In this document: piece by piece, positions 37,759 to 45,218 of the stretch
Layout of the letters: each line of letters opens with the position of its first letter
Position numbering within the stretch: position 1 is the first letter of the stretch
DNA from: Myxococcales bacterium
Lineage (GTDB): Bacteria > Myxococcota_A > Polyangia > Polyangiales > Polyangiaceae
Reading direction: 5' to 3'
NCBI GenBank assembly: GCA_016720545.1
Contig: JADKKK010000003.1
Location: 537,516 to 601,515 of the forward strand
DNA length: 64,000 bases
The notes under the pieces: model-generated
What the model saw: the letters and a program-made list of their open reading frames with translations, nothing else
The model's database searches: none
Told to the model about the DNA's origin: nothing
Program-made: the position numbers and the translations under genes

Positions 37759-38415
37759 ATGTCCGAAGCCACCGCCGACGCCCCCACGAAGACCACCGAC
37801 GGCGCGTTCCTGCGCTCCCGGCTCGGCAGCTTGTTGGCCGTGTTCCCGCTCGGCGTGTGGACCGTGGGCCACTTGTGGAACAACCTCGCCGCCTTCAAGG
37901 GCGGCGGCGCGTGGCAGAGCGCCGTCACCGAGTACCCGCACCCCCTCGCGCACCTCGCGACGATGATCGTGGTGCTCCTGCCCCTCGTGCTCCACATGAT
38001 CTGGGGCATGGCGCGCATGGCGCAGGCGCGCCCGAACCTGCACCGGCACGTGTCGTTCAACAACCTGAAGTACGTCGTGCAGCGCCTCTCGGCGATCGGC
38101 CTCATGCTGTTCCTCGGCGCGCACATCTGGCTCGCGATGCTCCACCCCCGCTTCGTGGAGGGTCACCCCGAGCCCTTTGCCGACATCGCCGGGCAGATGC
38201 GGCACCACGGGCCGACGCTCGCGGTCTACGTGCTCGGCACGCTCGGCGTGTCGTTCCACCTCGCGAACGGCCTCCACACCTTCGCGATGGGCTGGGGCGT
38301 CGTGGCGAGCCGCCGCGCTCTCCGCAAGCTCGACGCCGCCGTGATCGGTCTGTTCCTCGCCCTGCTCGGCATGGGGTGGGCGGTGATCTACGCGCTCTGG
38401 TCCGCCGGCGCCTGA
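37759..38415 (+). CDS. orphan SdhC-like cytochrome b558 membrane protein (paralogue of sdhC)
   Basis: Five TM helices and the same conserved His motifs as sdhC (HLWNN, FHLANGL). No adjacent sdhA/sdhB. The ATG at 37759 is trimmed from the track's 37636. Confidence 0.7.
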   Translation: MSEATADAPTKTTDGAFLRSRLGSLLAVFPLGVWTVGHLWNNLAAFKGGGAWQSAVTEYPHPLAHLATMIVVLLPLVLHMIWGMARMAQARPNLHRHVSFNNLKYVVQRLSAIGLMLFLGAHIWLAMLHPRFVEGHPEPFADIAGQMRHHGPTLAVYVLGTLGVSFHLANGLHTFAMGWGVVASRRALRKLDAAVIGLFLALLGMGWAVIYALWSAGA

Positions 38416-38534
38416 CCCTCGCTCGACGGGAAAAATCGACGCGGTCGAGCGGGCGGTGATCGATCCGCGCCGGCGGCACACCAGACCCCGCGAACCCCAT
38501 CACGACCGCCCCGCGGGGCCGCGGGAGTTTTCTC

Positions 38535-38930
38535 ATGCACGCTTCGTCCGCTGCCCCTCCCTCCCTGGCGACGCCTCACGGGCTCGGGCGCCTCGCTCTT
38601 GCGGGCGCCGTCGTGCTCGCCCTCCTCGCGCTCCACTGCGGCGGAGGCACCCAGGGCGCCGACACGGGCGCGGTGTGCCCGCCGGGCTCGACGCTCACCT
38701 ACGCGAGCTTCGGCAAGCCGTTCATGGACAACTACTGTGTCTCTTGCCACTCGGGCAAGGAGCGCCCGAACCTCGACTCGGCGACCTCCGTCAAGCGCGA
38801 GATCCGCGGGATCCTCAGCACCACGGCCGCCGGCCCCAAGGCCACGAACGACTCGATGCCCACCGACAGCGACGTCCCTCAGGACGAGCGCGTGAAGCTC
38901 GGCGAGTGGCTCGCCTGCGGCGCTCCGTAA
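38535..38930 (+). CDS. small secreted protein with CxxCH haem-binding motif (putative c-type cytochrome)
   Basis: Signal-like N-terminus LALAGAVVLALLALHCGGG. Single CVSCH motif in FMDNYCVSCHSGKERPNL. 120 nt downstream of the orphan sdhC-like gene on the same strand. Confidence 0.5.
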   Translation: MHASSAAPPSLATPHGLGRLALAGAVVLALLALHCGGGTQGADTGAVCPPGSTLTYASFGKPFMDNYCVSCHSGKERPNLDSATSVKREIRGILSTTAAGPKATNDSMPTDSDVPQDERVKLGEWLACGAP

Positions 38931-38944
38931 ACGGGAGGGCGGCG

Positions 38945-39439
38945 CTAGATCATCTCGAAGTACCGCGAGTGGATCGCCACGGTCACGAGGACCGCCACCT
39001 CGCGCGGCACACCGTCGGCCGCCTCCACCACGAAGCGATCCCGCACGTGCGTGAGGCCCTCGCGCTTCTTCACCTCGATGGCCACCTTGCCGGCGGCGTC
39101 GGCGCACCTGAAGTCGTACTCGAGCGCGAGCACGCCCGCGTCGGCGGTGTAGGTCTCGCTTCCCACCTTGAGCGCGAGGGTCTTCTTGAACGCGATCGAC
39201 GGGAAGGTCACGCTCGCGACCTCCTTGCGCTCGCCGTCGAGCACGTGGAACGCGGTCTTGTTGAAGTTGCCCTCCAGGCTCGCGAGCTCCTTGTCGCTCC
39301 CGTCGACGATGGCGAACCGCGGCGTGAGGCTCATCGGCGCGCCGCGCACGGTGAGCGCCACGTCTTCTTTGCCCTTTTCGCGCACGTCGTACGTCGTCGC
39401 GACGGCCGCCAAGCGCTGAACAACCTCGTACTGACCCAT
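38945..39439 (-). CDS. LURP-one-related / tubby-like (DUF567) family protein
   Basis: 164 aa. Composition and spacing resemble the LOR/DUF567 family by eye. The assignment is tentative. Confidence 0.45.
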   Translation of the reverse strand: MGQYEVVQRLAAVATTYDVREKGKEDVALTVRGAPMSLTPRFAIVDGSDKELASLEGNFNKTAFHVLDGERKEVASVTFPSIAFKKTLALKVGSETYTADAGVLALEYDFRCADAAGKVAIEVKKREGLTHVRDRFVVEAADGVPREVAVLVTVAIHSRYFEMI

Positions 39440-39453
39440 GGTGGTACCTTTCT

Positions 39454-39525
39454 CGTGTCGCTCGTGTCGCTCGTGTCGCTCGTGTCGCTCGTGTCGCTCG
39501 TGTCGCTCGTGTCGCTCGTGTCGCT
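39454..39525. repeat. 9-bp tandem repeat CTCGTGTCG x8 (CGACACGAG on the minus strand), immediately upstream of a start codon
   Basis: Eight perfect copies. They end 15 nt upstream of the ATG at 39439, in the divergent intergenic region shared with livK. Confidence 0.9.
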
Positions 39526-39663
39526 CGTCGTAGGGGTTCGCGGCGACGCGTGACCGCTTTGCGGCGGCGCTCGCGCACGGTCACGAGCAGCGTACGGGCG
39601 CCGAGGCGCCGCGGGGAACAAATCTCCACGGTTTCGTGGTACCCGTCCATGCCTGGAGGGATC

Positions 39664-40818
39664 ATGCTCACTCGCCGAAGGTTCACGCTCTCGCTCGCCA
39701 CGCTCGGCCTCGTGGTCGTCGCCGCCGCCGGCTCCACCGGCTGCGAGAAAAAGAGCGACGATCTCGTGGTCGGCGCGTTCCTCTCGCTGTCCGGCAGCGA
39801 CTCCACCTTCGGCACCGACACCCGCGACGGCATCGAGCTCGCGCTCGACGAGACCAACAAGGCCGGCGGCGTGAAGGGCAAGAAGGTCAAGGTCCTTTAC
39901 GAGGACGACAAGTCTCTCCCGCAAGAGGCGTCGAACAAGGTCCGGCAGCTCATCGACCGCGACAACGTGCTCGCGATCCTCGGCGAGGTGGCGTCGAGCC
40001 GCACGATGGCCGGCGGTCTCATCGCGAACACGAAGAAGGTGCCGCTCGTCACGCCTTCGTCCACGGCGGTCGAGGTCACGAAGGACCGCGAGTACGTCTT
40101 CCGCGTGTGCTTCACCGACGACCAGCAGGGCGACGTCGCGGCGCGCTTCGTGTTCGAGACCCTCAAGAAGAAGAAGGTCGGCCTCTTCTTCGCCGCCCAA
40201 GACAACTACTCGTCCGGCCTGGCGGCCTCTTTCAAGGAGCGCTTCGTGAAGCTCGGCGGCCAAATCGTCGTCGACAAGGGGTTTCAGAAGGGCGAGACGA
40301 ACTTCACGACCTACCTCTCCGAGCTGAAGTCGAAGGACCCGGAGGTCATCTTCGTACCTGTATACTACAACGACATGGTGCAGATCGCGCGGCAGGCCAA
40401 GCAGGCCGGCATCCCCGGCACCACGTTCGTCGGCGGCGACGGCTGGGACTCGGCGGAGCTCACGGAGGGTGCGGGCGCGGAGCTCGAGGGCGCCTACTTC
40501 ACGAACCACTACGCGCCAGACGTACCGTGGAAGAACTCGGCGGCCTTCGTGACCGCGTTCAAGGCCCGCTTCAACCGCGAGCCGACGAGCCTCGCGGCCC
40601 AGGGCTACGACGCCGCGAAGCTCCTCTTCGACGCCATCAAGCGCGCGCCCGAGACCAACCGCGAGGCCATCAAGGTGGCGCTCGCCGACACGAAGAACTT
40701 CGAGGGGGCCACCGGGCAGCTCACGATCGACAAGAACCACAACGCGAACAAGCCCATCGTCGTGGTCCAGATCAAAGGCAAGAAGTTCAAGTTCACGACC
40801 CAGCTCATGAGCCAGTAG
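39664..40818 (+). CDS. livK: branched-chain amino acid ABC transporter substrate-binding lipoprotein
   Basis: RBS GGAGGG, then ATG at 39664. Signal and lipobox LVVVAAAGSTGC. LivJ/LivK (periplasmic-binding type I) family similarity throughout. Confidence 0.85.
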   Translation: MLTRRRFTLSLATLGLVVVAAAGSTGCEKKSDDLVVGAFLSLSGSDSTFGTDTRDGIELALDETNKAGGVKGKKVKVLYEDDKSLPQEASNKVRQLIDRDNVLAILGEVASSRTMAGGLIANTKKVPLVTPSSTAVEVTKDREYVFRVCFTDDQQGDVAARFVFETLKKKKVGLFFAAQDNYSSGLAASFKERFVKLGGQIVVDKGFQKGETNFTTYLSELKSKDPEVIFVPVYYNDMVQIARQAKQAGIPGTTFVGGDGWDSAELTEGAGAELEGAYFTNHYAPDVPWKNSAAFVTAFKARFNREPTSLAAQGYDAAKLLFDAIKRAPETNREAIKVALADTKNFEGATGQLTIDKNHNANKPIVVVQIKGKKFKFTTQLMSQ

Positions 40819-40845
40819 GCGGAAGGCTCGGGGCCCGGTCACACG

Positions 40846-40914
40846 ATGAACATGCAAGCGAGCCTCCGGCGAGCGGCGTGCCTATGCCACGCGACCGAAG
40901 GGAGGAAGGCATGA
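40846..40914 (+). promoter_or_regulatory. copy C of conserved leader element / mini-ORF (MNMQASLRRAACLCHATEGRKA*)
   Basis: ATGAACATGCAAGCGAGCCTCCGGCGAGCGGCGTGCCTATGCCACGCGACCGAAGGGAGGAAGGCATGA. The mini-ORF stop overlaps the livH ATG (ATGA). GAAGGGAGG doubles as the livH ribosome-binding site. Confidence 0.5.
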
Positions 40915-41816
40915 AGATCCTCGAAGCGCTCGTCACCGGGCTCACGCAGGGCGCGATGATCGCGCTCGTCGCGCTCGGGTACACGATGGTGTACGGCGTG
41001 CTGAAGCTCATCAACTTCGCCCACAGCGAGGTCTTCATGATGGGCGCGTACATTGGCGTCTTCGTGCTCGGCGCCGTGGGCATCTCGAACCCCTTGTTCG
41101 CTGGCGCCTGCGCGACCGTGGTCGCCATGATCGGCGCGTCCCTCATCGGCATCACCGTCGAGCGGGTCGCCTACCGGCCGCTCCGCGGGCGGGGCAAGGG
41201 CGCGCTCGTGCGCATCACGCCGCTCGTGACGGCGCTCGGCGTCTCGGTGCTCCTCCAGAACGCCGCGCAGCTCTTCTTCTCGGCGCGGTTCCGGTCGTAC
41301 CCGCAGCTCATCGCCGGCAGCGTGCAGGTGCCGGGGGTAGGCCCGGTCGGCACGTCCCGCGTGCTCATCCTCGTGGTCGCCGTGGCGGTCATGGTGGGCC
41401 TCGAGCTCATCGTGAAGAAGACGTGGTTCGGCAAGGCGATGCGCGCGCTCTCCTCCAACGAAGAGGCCGCGCGCCTCATGGGCGTGCACACCTCCCGCGT
41501 CATCTCGACCACCTTCGCGCTCGGCTCGTCGCTCGCGGCGCTCGGCGCGGTCCTCTACTGCCTCGATCAGTCGCAAGCCTACCCCACCATGGGCGTCGTC
41601 ATCGGCACGCGCGCGTTCGTGGCCGCGGTGCTCGGCGGCATCGGCAGCATCCCCGGGGCCATGCTCGGCGGGCTGCTCCTCGGCGTGGTCGGCGAGCTCG
41701 TGAAGCTCACCGATTACTCGGGCGGCGTCGACGTGCTCGTGTTCGTCGTGCTCATCGCCGTGCTGCTCGTCCGCCCCGCGGGCCTGTTGGGCTCGACGCG
41801 CGCCGAAAAAGTGTAG
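40911..41816 (+). CDS. livH: branched-chain amino acid ABC transporter permease
   Basis: MKILEALVTGLTQGAMIALVALGYTMVYGVLKLINFAHSE is a typical LivH N-terminus. Eight hydrophobic segments. No livM/G/F follows. Confidence 0.85.
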   Translation: MKILEALVTGLTQGAMIALVALGYTMVYGVLKLINFAHSEVFMMGAYIGVFVLGAVGISNPLFAGACATVVAMIGASLIGITVERVAYRPLRGRGKGALVRITPLVTALGVSVLLQNAAQLFFSARFRSYPQLIAGSVQVPGVGPVGTSRVLILVVAVAVMVGLELIVKKTWFGKAMRALSSNEEAARLMGVHTSRVISTTFALGSSLAALGAVLYCLDQSQAYPTMGVVIGTRAFVAAVLGGIGSIPGAMLGGLLLGVVGELVKLTDYSGGVDVLVFVVLIAVLLVRPAGLLGSTRAEKV

Positions 41817-41961
41817 CGCACCTGTATCGTCCTGTTCACGCCTCGGCCGCGCAACCGCCCAGCCTGCCGCGTGATGGCGTCGGCCCAGACCTTGCTCTTG
41901 GGAGCCCACCCCCGCGCGCCTCGCTCGCCGAGCGGTCCCGCGCTACCTTGTCGAGGCGCCC

Positions 41962-43056
41962 ATGTCCGCTCATCGTCACGCCGCTCGCCGCCACGCCGCA
42001 CCTCATCGTCCCCCCGCGCGAGTGCGCTCGCGGCTCGCGCTCCTCCTCGTCGCCTGCGGGCTCACGGCGGCGACCCCGGCCGCCGCGCTGCCGCCGCTGC
42101 CCGGGCCCGCGGGGCCAGGCGGCGCAGCCCCGACCGCTCCGACGGCTCCCACGACGACGCCCGCCCTCGGGGCGGCCGCGAACCCGGCCGACCGGGCCCG
42201 CCGCGGCGTGGTCGCGGTCGAGCTTCAGGGCAAGCCCGTCGCCATCGGCACGGTGCTCGCCAACGATGGCCGAATCCTCACCGCCCTCTCGGGCCTGACA
42301 GGGATGGGCACCGCCGAGACCGTGCAGGTGCGCTACGCGGACGGCTCCGCGGTGGCGGCCAAGGTCGGCCACAAAGACGCCGACTGGGACCTCGCGCTCC
42401 TGGTTCCTCAGGCCATCAAGTGGAAGGAGGGCCTCTCCGCGAGCGACATCGAACCGAACGCCACCGATCTCCGCCTCGTGCTGCCGCTGCGCGGAAAGCT
42501 CGGCCCGATCCCGGTGGGGCTCAAGGGACGCACCGACGCGAAGTCGCGGGCCGGCGCGCCGCTCCTGAACACGCTCGACCTCGACATGAAGGGCGCCCTC
42601 GCGGTGCCCGGCGCGCCCGTGCTCGACAGCCGGGGCAACGCGGTCGGGCTGCTGGTGCACGCCTGCCAGGTGCGCTCCACGGCCCGCTGCGCGCCCGTGT
42701 CCGTAGGCGCGCCGATCTCCGCCATCCGCACGTTCCTCATGCGCACGCCGGCCACGGCGGTCACCCCGCAGCCGTGGCTCGGCCTGCGAGGTGCGCCGTC
42801 GCAGGCCGGGAGCATCAAAGGGGTCCGCGTGTTGGCGCTCGCGCCCCACTCGCCGGCGGAGCGGGCCGGCCTCAAGGCGAGCGCAGAGCCCGAGGGCGGC
42901 GACATCATCGTCGCGGTCGACGGCACCCCCGTCGAGACGCCGGAGCAGCTCGCCGACGCCATCGGCCGCAAGTCGATCGGCGACTCGGCCAAGCTGCTCG
43001 TCTTCGACGGCGCGAAGTTCCGCGAGGCGCCCGTCACGCTCCGCCCCGCGCCGTGA
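41962..43056 (+). CDS. HtrA/DegP-like trypsin-fold + PDZ domain protein, catalytic residues apparently not conserved
   Basis: Signal RLALLLVACGL. The DegP-like core aligns by eye: the Asp motif DWDLALLV is conserved, but the His position reads TALSG and the Ser position reads PGAPV instead of GNSGG. A C-terminal PDZ-like region (GVRVLALAPHSPAERAGLKA..GDIIVAVDG). Confidence 0.55.
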   Translation: MSAHRHAARRHAAPHRPPARVRSRLALLLVACGLTAATPAAALPPLPGPAGPGGAAPTAPTAPTTTPALGAAANPADRARRGVVAVELQGKPVAIGTVLANDGRILTALSGLTGMGTAETVQVRYADGSAVAAKVGHKDADWDLALLVPQAIKWKEGLSASDIEPNATDLRLVLPLRGKLGPIPVGLKGRTDAKSRAGAPLLNTLDLDMKGALAVPGAPVLDSRGNAVGLLVHACQVRSTARCAPVSVGAPISAIRTFLMRTPATAVTPQPWLGLRGAPSQAGSIKGVRVLALAPHSPAERAGLKASAEPEGGDIIVAVDGTPVETPEQLADAIGRKSIGDSAKLLVFDGAKFREAPVTLRPAP

Positions 43057-43269
43057 CCCGAGCGCGATGTAGAGAAAGGTAAGCATCGAGCACACAGAAC
43101 CGGCCCGTAACCGGCCCGTACGCCGCGTCGACAGACGTGGTAATGCACGATGAGGCGCCTTCGCCGCTCCTCCCGCGCCCGCGGCAGGAGGGAAAATCTG
43201 CCCGCTCGCGCACTGTTGGGTTGACACATCGGCCCTCCATTCGCGACGATTTCGCCCAGGTACCCGACC

Positions 43270-44046
43270 TTGACCACCACCCAGCTGCGGATAGAAGTCG
43301 CCGGCGAGACCAACGTCGGCATGAAGCGTCAGCACAACGAGGACAACTTCTCGATCCTCGAGGAAGCTGGGCTCTACATCGTCGCCGACGGGATGGGCGG
43401 CCACGCCTCCGGCGAGGTGGCAAGCCAGATGGCGGTCGACGCGCTGAAGGACTTCTTCATCTCGACCTCGGAGGACCCCGAGCGAACCTGGCCCTACAAG
43501 ATGGACCGGTCGCGCGGGTACGAGGAGAACCGCCTCATCACGGGCATCAAGCTCGCGAACCTGCGCATCTACGAGAGCGCCCAGCGCGACGCGCGGCAGC
43601 GCGGCATGGGCACCACGATCGTGGTGCTCTTCGCCGTCGAAGACGGGGTGTACTGCGCCCACGTCGGCGACTCCCGCGGGTACCGCATCCGCGACGGCAA
43701 GATCGAGCAGCTCACCGACGACCACTCTCTCTTGAACGACTACATCAAGATGAAGCGGCTCACGGCGGAGGAAATCGCGAATTTTCCGCACAAAAACGTG
43801 ATCGTGCGCGCGCTCGGCATGAAGGACACCGTCAAGGTGGACACCCGCTTCGAGGCGTCGCGCGCCGACGACGTCTACGTGCTCTGCTCCGACGGCCTGT
43901 CGGGCCCGGTCACCGACGAGGAGCTCCTCGAGATCGTTCAGGGCGCCCCCGACCTGAAGCAGGCGGCGTCGCAGCTCATTCAGCGGGCCAACGAGAACGG
44001 CGGCCCCGACAACATCACCGTCATCCTCGCGCGATGGGTGAGTTGA
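43270..44046 (+). CDS. PP2C-family serine/threonine protein phosphatase
   Basis: Metal-binding motifs of bacterial PPM/Stp: ETNVGMKRQHNEDNF...YIVADGMGGHASGEVAS...CSDGLS. Confidence 0.85.
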   Translation: MTTTQLRIEVAGETNVGMKRQHNEDNFSILEEAGLYIVADGMGGHASGEVASQMAVDALKDFFISTSEDPERTWPYKMDRSRGYEENRLITGIKLANLRIYESAQRDARQRGMGTTIVVLFAVEDGVYCAHVGDSRGYRIRDGKIEQLTDDHSLLNDYIKMKRLTAEEIANFPHKNVIVRALGMKDTVKVDTRFEASRADDVYVLCSDGLSGPVTDEELLEIVQGAPDLKQAASQLIQRANENGGPDNITVILARWVS

Positions 44047-44107
44047 CGGGAGAGCTTGTTGCGCGAGTTGACGTGAGCGCCGCGGGCGAGCCCACGGCGA
44101 GCGCCCC

Positions 44108-45202
44108 GTGAGCGCGCGCGCCGCCCCGACGAGGCTCTCTCGGGTCGACCGCGTGAAGGTGCGGTACGCCGGCCCGATCGTGCGTCACGTTTTTCGCTCG
44201 CCGTGGCTCCGCGAGCGCCTGCTCCGCGCCCGGGAGGCCGACCTCGCGCGTGGCCTCGACCCGGACATCGCGCTGCTCCTCGTCCTCGGCGAGCGCACCG
44301 GCGACGCCGAGGTCGCGGGGCGCTCGCCGGACGCTGCGCGGCGTTCGATCCTGGCGTCGGTCTCGATCATCGAGGACACGCCGAGCGGATCGGTCCGCGT
44401 GCGCGAGCGCGAGCTCCCCGACGCCAACGGGGGCGTCATGCGGGCGCGCTTGTATGAGCCCGCCGGGCTCGCCTCGCCCTCGCCTGGGTTCGTCTTCATC
44501 CACGGCGGCGGGTGGGTCGTGGGCGATCTCGACACCCACGACACGCTCTGTCGCCGGCTCGCGCTCGAGGCCCAGGTGCGCGTGCTCTCCGTCGAGCCGC
44601 GGCTCGCCCCGGAGCACCCGTTCCCCGCGGCCGTGCACGACTCGCTCGCGGCCTTCCGCTACGCGGCGCGCGAGGCGGCCGCGCTTGGCTTCGATCCGGG
44701 GCGCCTTGGCGTGGCAGGCGACAGCGCGGGCGGCAATCTGTCGGCGGTCGTGGGCCAGCTCACCCGTGGCGACGTGGTGCGCCCGAAGCTCTCGCTGTTG
44801 ATCTACCCGGCAGTCGACGCCACGTGCTCGTTCGCCTCGCACCGAGAGCTCGGAGAGGGCTACTTCCTCACCCGCGAGTCGATCGCTTGGTACCTCGATC
44901 GGTACGCGGGCACCACCTCGCAGCCCGGGCACGCCTCGCGCACCGACCCGCTCTTGTCGCCGCTCCACACGAAGGATCTGGCCGGCGCCCCTCCCGCGCT
45001 CGTGGTGGTCGCGGGATTCGACCCGCTGCGCGACGAGGGCGAGGCCTACGCCGAGAAGCTGATCGCGGCGGGCGTCACGGCGGAGGTGCTGCGCTCTCCT
45101 TCCCTGCCCCACGGCTTCGCCCTTATGACCGGCGTGTGCGGCCGCGCGCTCCGCGACACGGAGCACTTCGCGCGCCGCGCCGGGGAGCTGCTCCGCGCCT
45201 GA
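44108..45202 (+). CDS. alpha/beta-hydrolase esterase, hormone-sensitive-lipase (family IV) type
   Basis: Oxyanion motif FIHGGGWVVGD and nucleophile motif GDSAGGNL, then DPLRDEG...H (catalytic Asp/His region). Confidence 0.8.
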   Translation: MSARAAPTRLSRVDRVKVRYAGPIVRHVFRSPWLRERLLRAREADLARGLDPDIALLLVLGERTGDAEVAGRSPDAARRSILASVSIIEDTPSGSVRVRERELPDANGGVMRARLYEPAGLASPSPGFVFIHGGGWVVGDLDTHDTLCRRLALEAQVRVLSVEPRLAPEHPFPAAVHDSLAAFRYAAREAAALGFDPGRLGVAGDSAGGNLSAVVGQLTRGDVVRPKLSLLIYPAVDATCSFASHRELGEGYFLTRESIAWYLDRYAGTTSQPGHASRTDPLLSPLHTKDLAGAPPALVVVAGFDPLRDEGEAYAEKLIAAGVTAEVLRSPSLPHGFALMTGVCGRALRDTEHFARRAGELLRA

Positions 45203-45218
45203 GCGGCGCGATTTCTTA

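Noticed and set aside
39454-39525. Considered whether the 9-bp x8 array (and the other short tandem arrays) could be CRISPR.
   Set aside because: The units are contiguous with no spacers and are far shorter than CRISPR repeats. No cas genes are present.
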